A stretch of 64,000 bases of DNA from contig NMRA01000430.1 in the NCBI GenBank assembly GCA_002633005.1, positions 208,671 to 272,670 of the forward strand, written 5' to 3'. Position numbers and translations under genes: made by a program. Numbering within the stretch: the first letter of the stretch is position 1; each line of letters starts with the position of its first letter. The notes under the pieces are model-generated. The model did no database searches and was not told where the DNA came from. It saw nothing but the letters and a program-made list of their open reading frames with translations. This DNA comes from Phoronis australis. Its lineage: Eukaryota > Animalia > Phoronida. Positions 61,662-64,000 of the stretch are shown in pieces.

Positions 61662-62805
61662 GGAATTCGCATCAGCGATCTTAAGGCGAACAACCTTTAC
61701 CATTGAACCTGCACCGTTGAACACTCAGGCCTACAGTACCAATGAGCGCGACCCTGGAAGGGGAATCCTTGCCTCCCTGTAAAAATCTTTCCACACCCCT
61801 AGTACTTACAAATTCCGTGATACGCAACCTGAACTTTCTAGATGAACCCTCTAGTAGTGCATGGAGATTAGGGTTCTGCTGTTCGTGGCAAGGTTTCCAT
61901 TACTACCCGTGCATATAATTATGATGAATTAACTCATAGCTAACTAATATAGTAATCATCTAGAAATTACGTTTGTGTTTAATATCTATTTTTTACAAGC
62001 TCAAATATTTTACACAACTAGAAGTAATGAAATTTAAATGACATTAGCACTGGTATCGAGGTTTTAATTACTCAATATAACACGTATTTAGATTACTATG
62101 TTATTTTGATGGAAAAAACGTCATAAGAAATTGACTCGAAACCCAAATTACAAACAAGTTTGGTTCCTGGTAAGTAATTACACATGATTTGATATTAAAT
62201 TATTTTGTAAACAATTCAGTTCGTAAAACATTTACGGGACTACTAGTTATTTCTGTATTGGTTGTGCATGTCACCTTGGTTTTGGACTGAAAGAATACAA
62301 AATACAATGACGTTAATCAACGGAGTAAATATAAAAATGACAACGTTAGCTTTGATGATCAAGTTTGTATTTATGATCGATAAAAATACGTGCTCCTCTC
62401 CTCAAGCTCGTTACCAGAGATGAAAAGGAGACCGAGGTTGGCGGAATGATGTCATTTATTATAGCAAAATACAAAATGGGAATGAAAATGAAATATAATA
62501 TGGAAAACATAATAATCTCTACTAAGCCTGGACGCACGGAATGAGAATAGATAACTGGTGCATAGTGCAGAGCCGTGCAGCATGCTGCGTGCCTGCCGGA
62601 TACCTAACCCTGACTCCAGCCTTTCGTTCAGTAACGCTAAGATCTCGCTAAAAAGCAAGACCTCGCAAGGTTACGTGAGATATTGCCGTGTATTTTAAAT
62701 GAGATCACGTGACTTTTGCTAGGTCCTAGCGTAGGTCCTAGCGTTACTGAACACACGCCAGGACGTGCTGAGCCTGGAGAGGGAGGTACGTCATGTCCAC
62801 ATGTT

Positions 62806-64000
62806 TTTATCGTAATCTATTTTGCCCGGGGTACGCCACGAGCTATGTTGCAGAGTAAAACAAGAGGAGGATTGCGAATATTGTCATCTATTATGACGTA
62901 AATAGATAAAACTAACTAAGACTCTGCAAGATGGGCATGGACAAAACTCCCACCGGTGTGTACAATGAATAGCCCTGAAAGAGGGAACAAAACAAAAGAA
63001 CTGCCTGAAGGGCTTAACGGAAAAGTATAGAACATGAACACAAAACTTGAAAAAACCTAACAGGAAATGTATACGAGAAAAGAGAAAGTGGAACCGACAC
63101 CCGGGATGGGGGGGTGGGGAAAAATGCAGAGAACGAACGTACGTCTTGTAGACGACGAGGTAGGTGGCTCAATGAGAGAGACCACGTTGAACTGAACAAA
63201 GGAAATATGGGCGACCAATCACGTGTCGCGTAGAGAAATGTATGAATACAAAAGTAGGCCCTTGAGGCTATAAATAGAGATGAGTAATGCAAATTAAACC
63301 CTAAGGACTGGGATCAAAATAAAGAGACAAATGTCAAAATAATGACGATAAATGCATTTAACAAGTTAAATTTAATTTATCGTAATCTTTTTTGCCCGGG
63401 GTACGCCACGAGCTATGTTGCAGAGTAAAACAAGAGGAGGATTGCGAATATTGTCATTTATTATGACGTAAATAGATAAAACTAACTAAGACTCTGCAAG
63501 ATGGACATGGACAAAACGCCATAATGGCAGCACGGGAATGCTGACATCGCCCATCCGAGGAAGCGGAACCCGGGCAATAACAAGGTTAGACTATGATAAA
63601 ATATAGGTACTAATAACGGTATAACAGAAAACTAGAATACATAAGTCTAGAATATAAAAAACAAGAACATAACGAACTGGAAGTAAAGGTAACTAGAACT
63701 AATGACTAGAAATTGAAGCCTGCAACTACAGACCTTGGGCCACAGGCTGCAACAACAGACCTGACCTAGGGGGCTGAAACCACAGACCCAGAGGAGTGGG
63801 AGGGGCTGAAAAGCAAAGTGAGAGAAGTGGGGAGCTGCAAAAACAGGCTCACCAGGAGTTCAAGAAGCCTGGGGAAGAGGAAAAGTAGACATGTGAATGT
63901 AGTTTCTTAGTGCGTCAGATTTCCAGCGCCCCATGCGTTGGATCACAGGTTCAGGGCCACAGAGGTGGCGGCGCCAATGCGAAAGCTATGTGACGTATAA
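62806..64000 (-). mobile_element. 3' end of an Ngaro-type (DIRS order) tyrosine-recombinase retrotransposon
   Basis: Minus strand at 63860-64000 reads YTSHSFRIGAATSVA, then after a frameshift EPVIQRMGRWKSDALRNYIH (YR catalytic H-x-x-R...Y). 142-bp direct repeats at 63376-63517 and 62806-62947 fit the B1-A2-B2 split-direct-repeat layout. Confidence 0.8.

Larger units (their letters stand above)
56390..62803 (+). repeat. Segmental duplication block B, paralogous to ~23088-36334 (block A), carrying the second GPCR
   Basis: 56390-56546 matches 23088-23238 and 56546 onward matches 30421 onward. Colinearity continues through the GPCR to gtacgtcatgtccacatg (36334 / 62803). Confidence 0.88.

Overview
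Eukaryotic (invertebrate-like, AT-rich, draft assembly) DNA, not prokaryotic. (1) A complete 14-coding-exon CWH43/PGAP2-interacting protein gene on + (3771-22409; exons hand-spliced with consistent phases to 2100 nt = 699 aa). Two exon blocks appear twice, each repeated right after a single 'n' join, and are most likely uncollapsed haplotypes. (2) Two intact, intronless, paralogous class A GPCR genes (33127-34275 and 60555-61661) in a real tandem segmental duplication that begins at the CWH43 3' end. (3) Many decayed mobile elements: a BEL/Pao LTR element with a nested L1/Tx1-type fragment and a tRNA-SINE, a LINE RT remnant, Penelope-type GIY-YIG remnants, a THAP remnant, a DNA-transposon-type remnant, MITEs, and the 3' end of an Ngaro-type tyrosine-recombinase retroelement. 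The most unusual signals are intronic tandem repeats built from copies of the upstream exon end plus its 5' splice site (three CWH43 introns), a TSD-flanked palindrome of two inverted tRNA-like arms, and extracellular-biased divergence of the MECA-like GPCR pair. No CRISPR, rRNA or convincing functional tRNA was seen. All calls are by eye; no searches were run.
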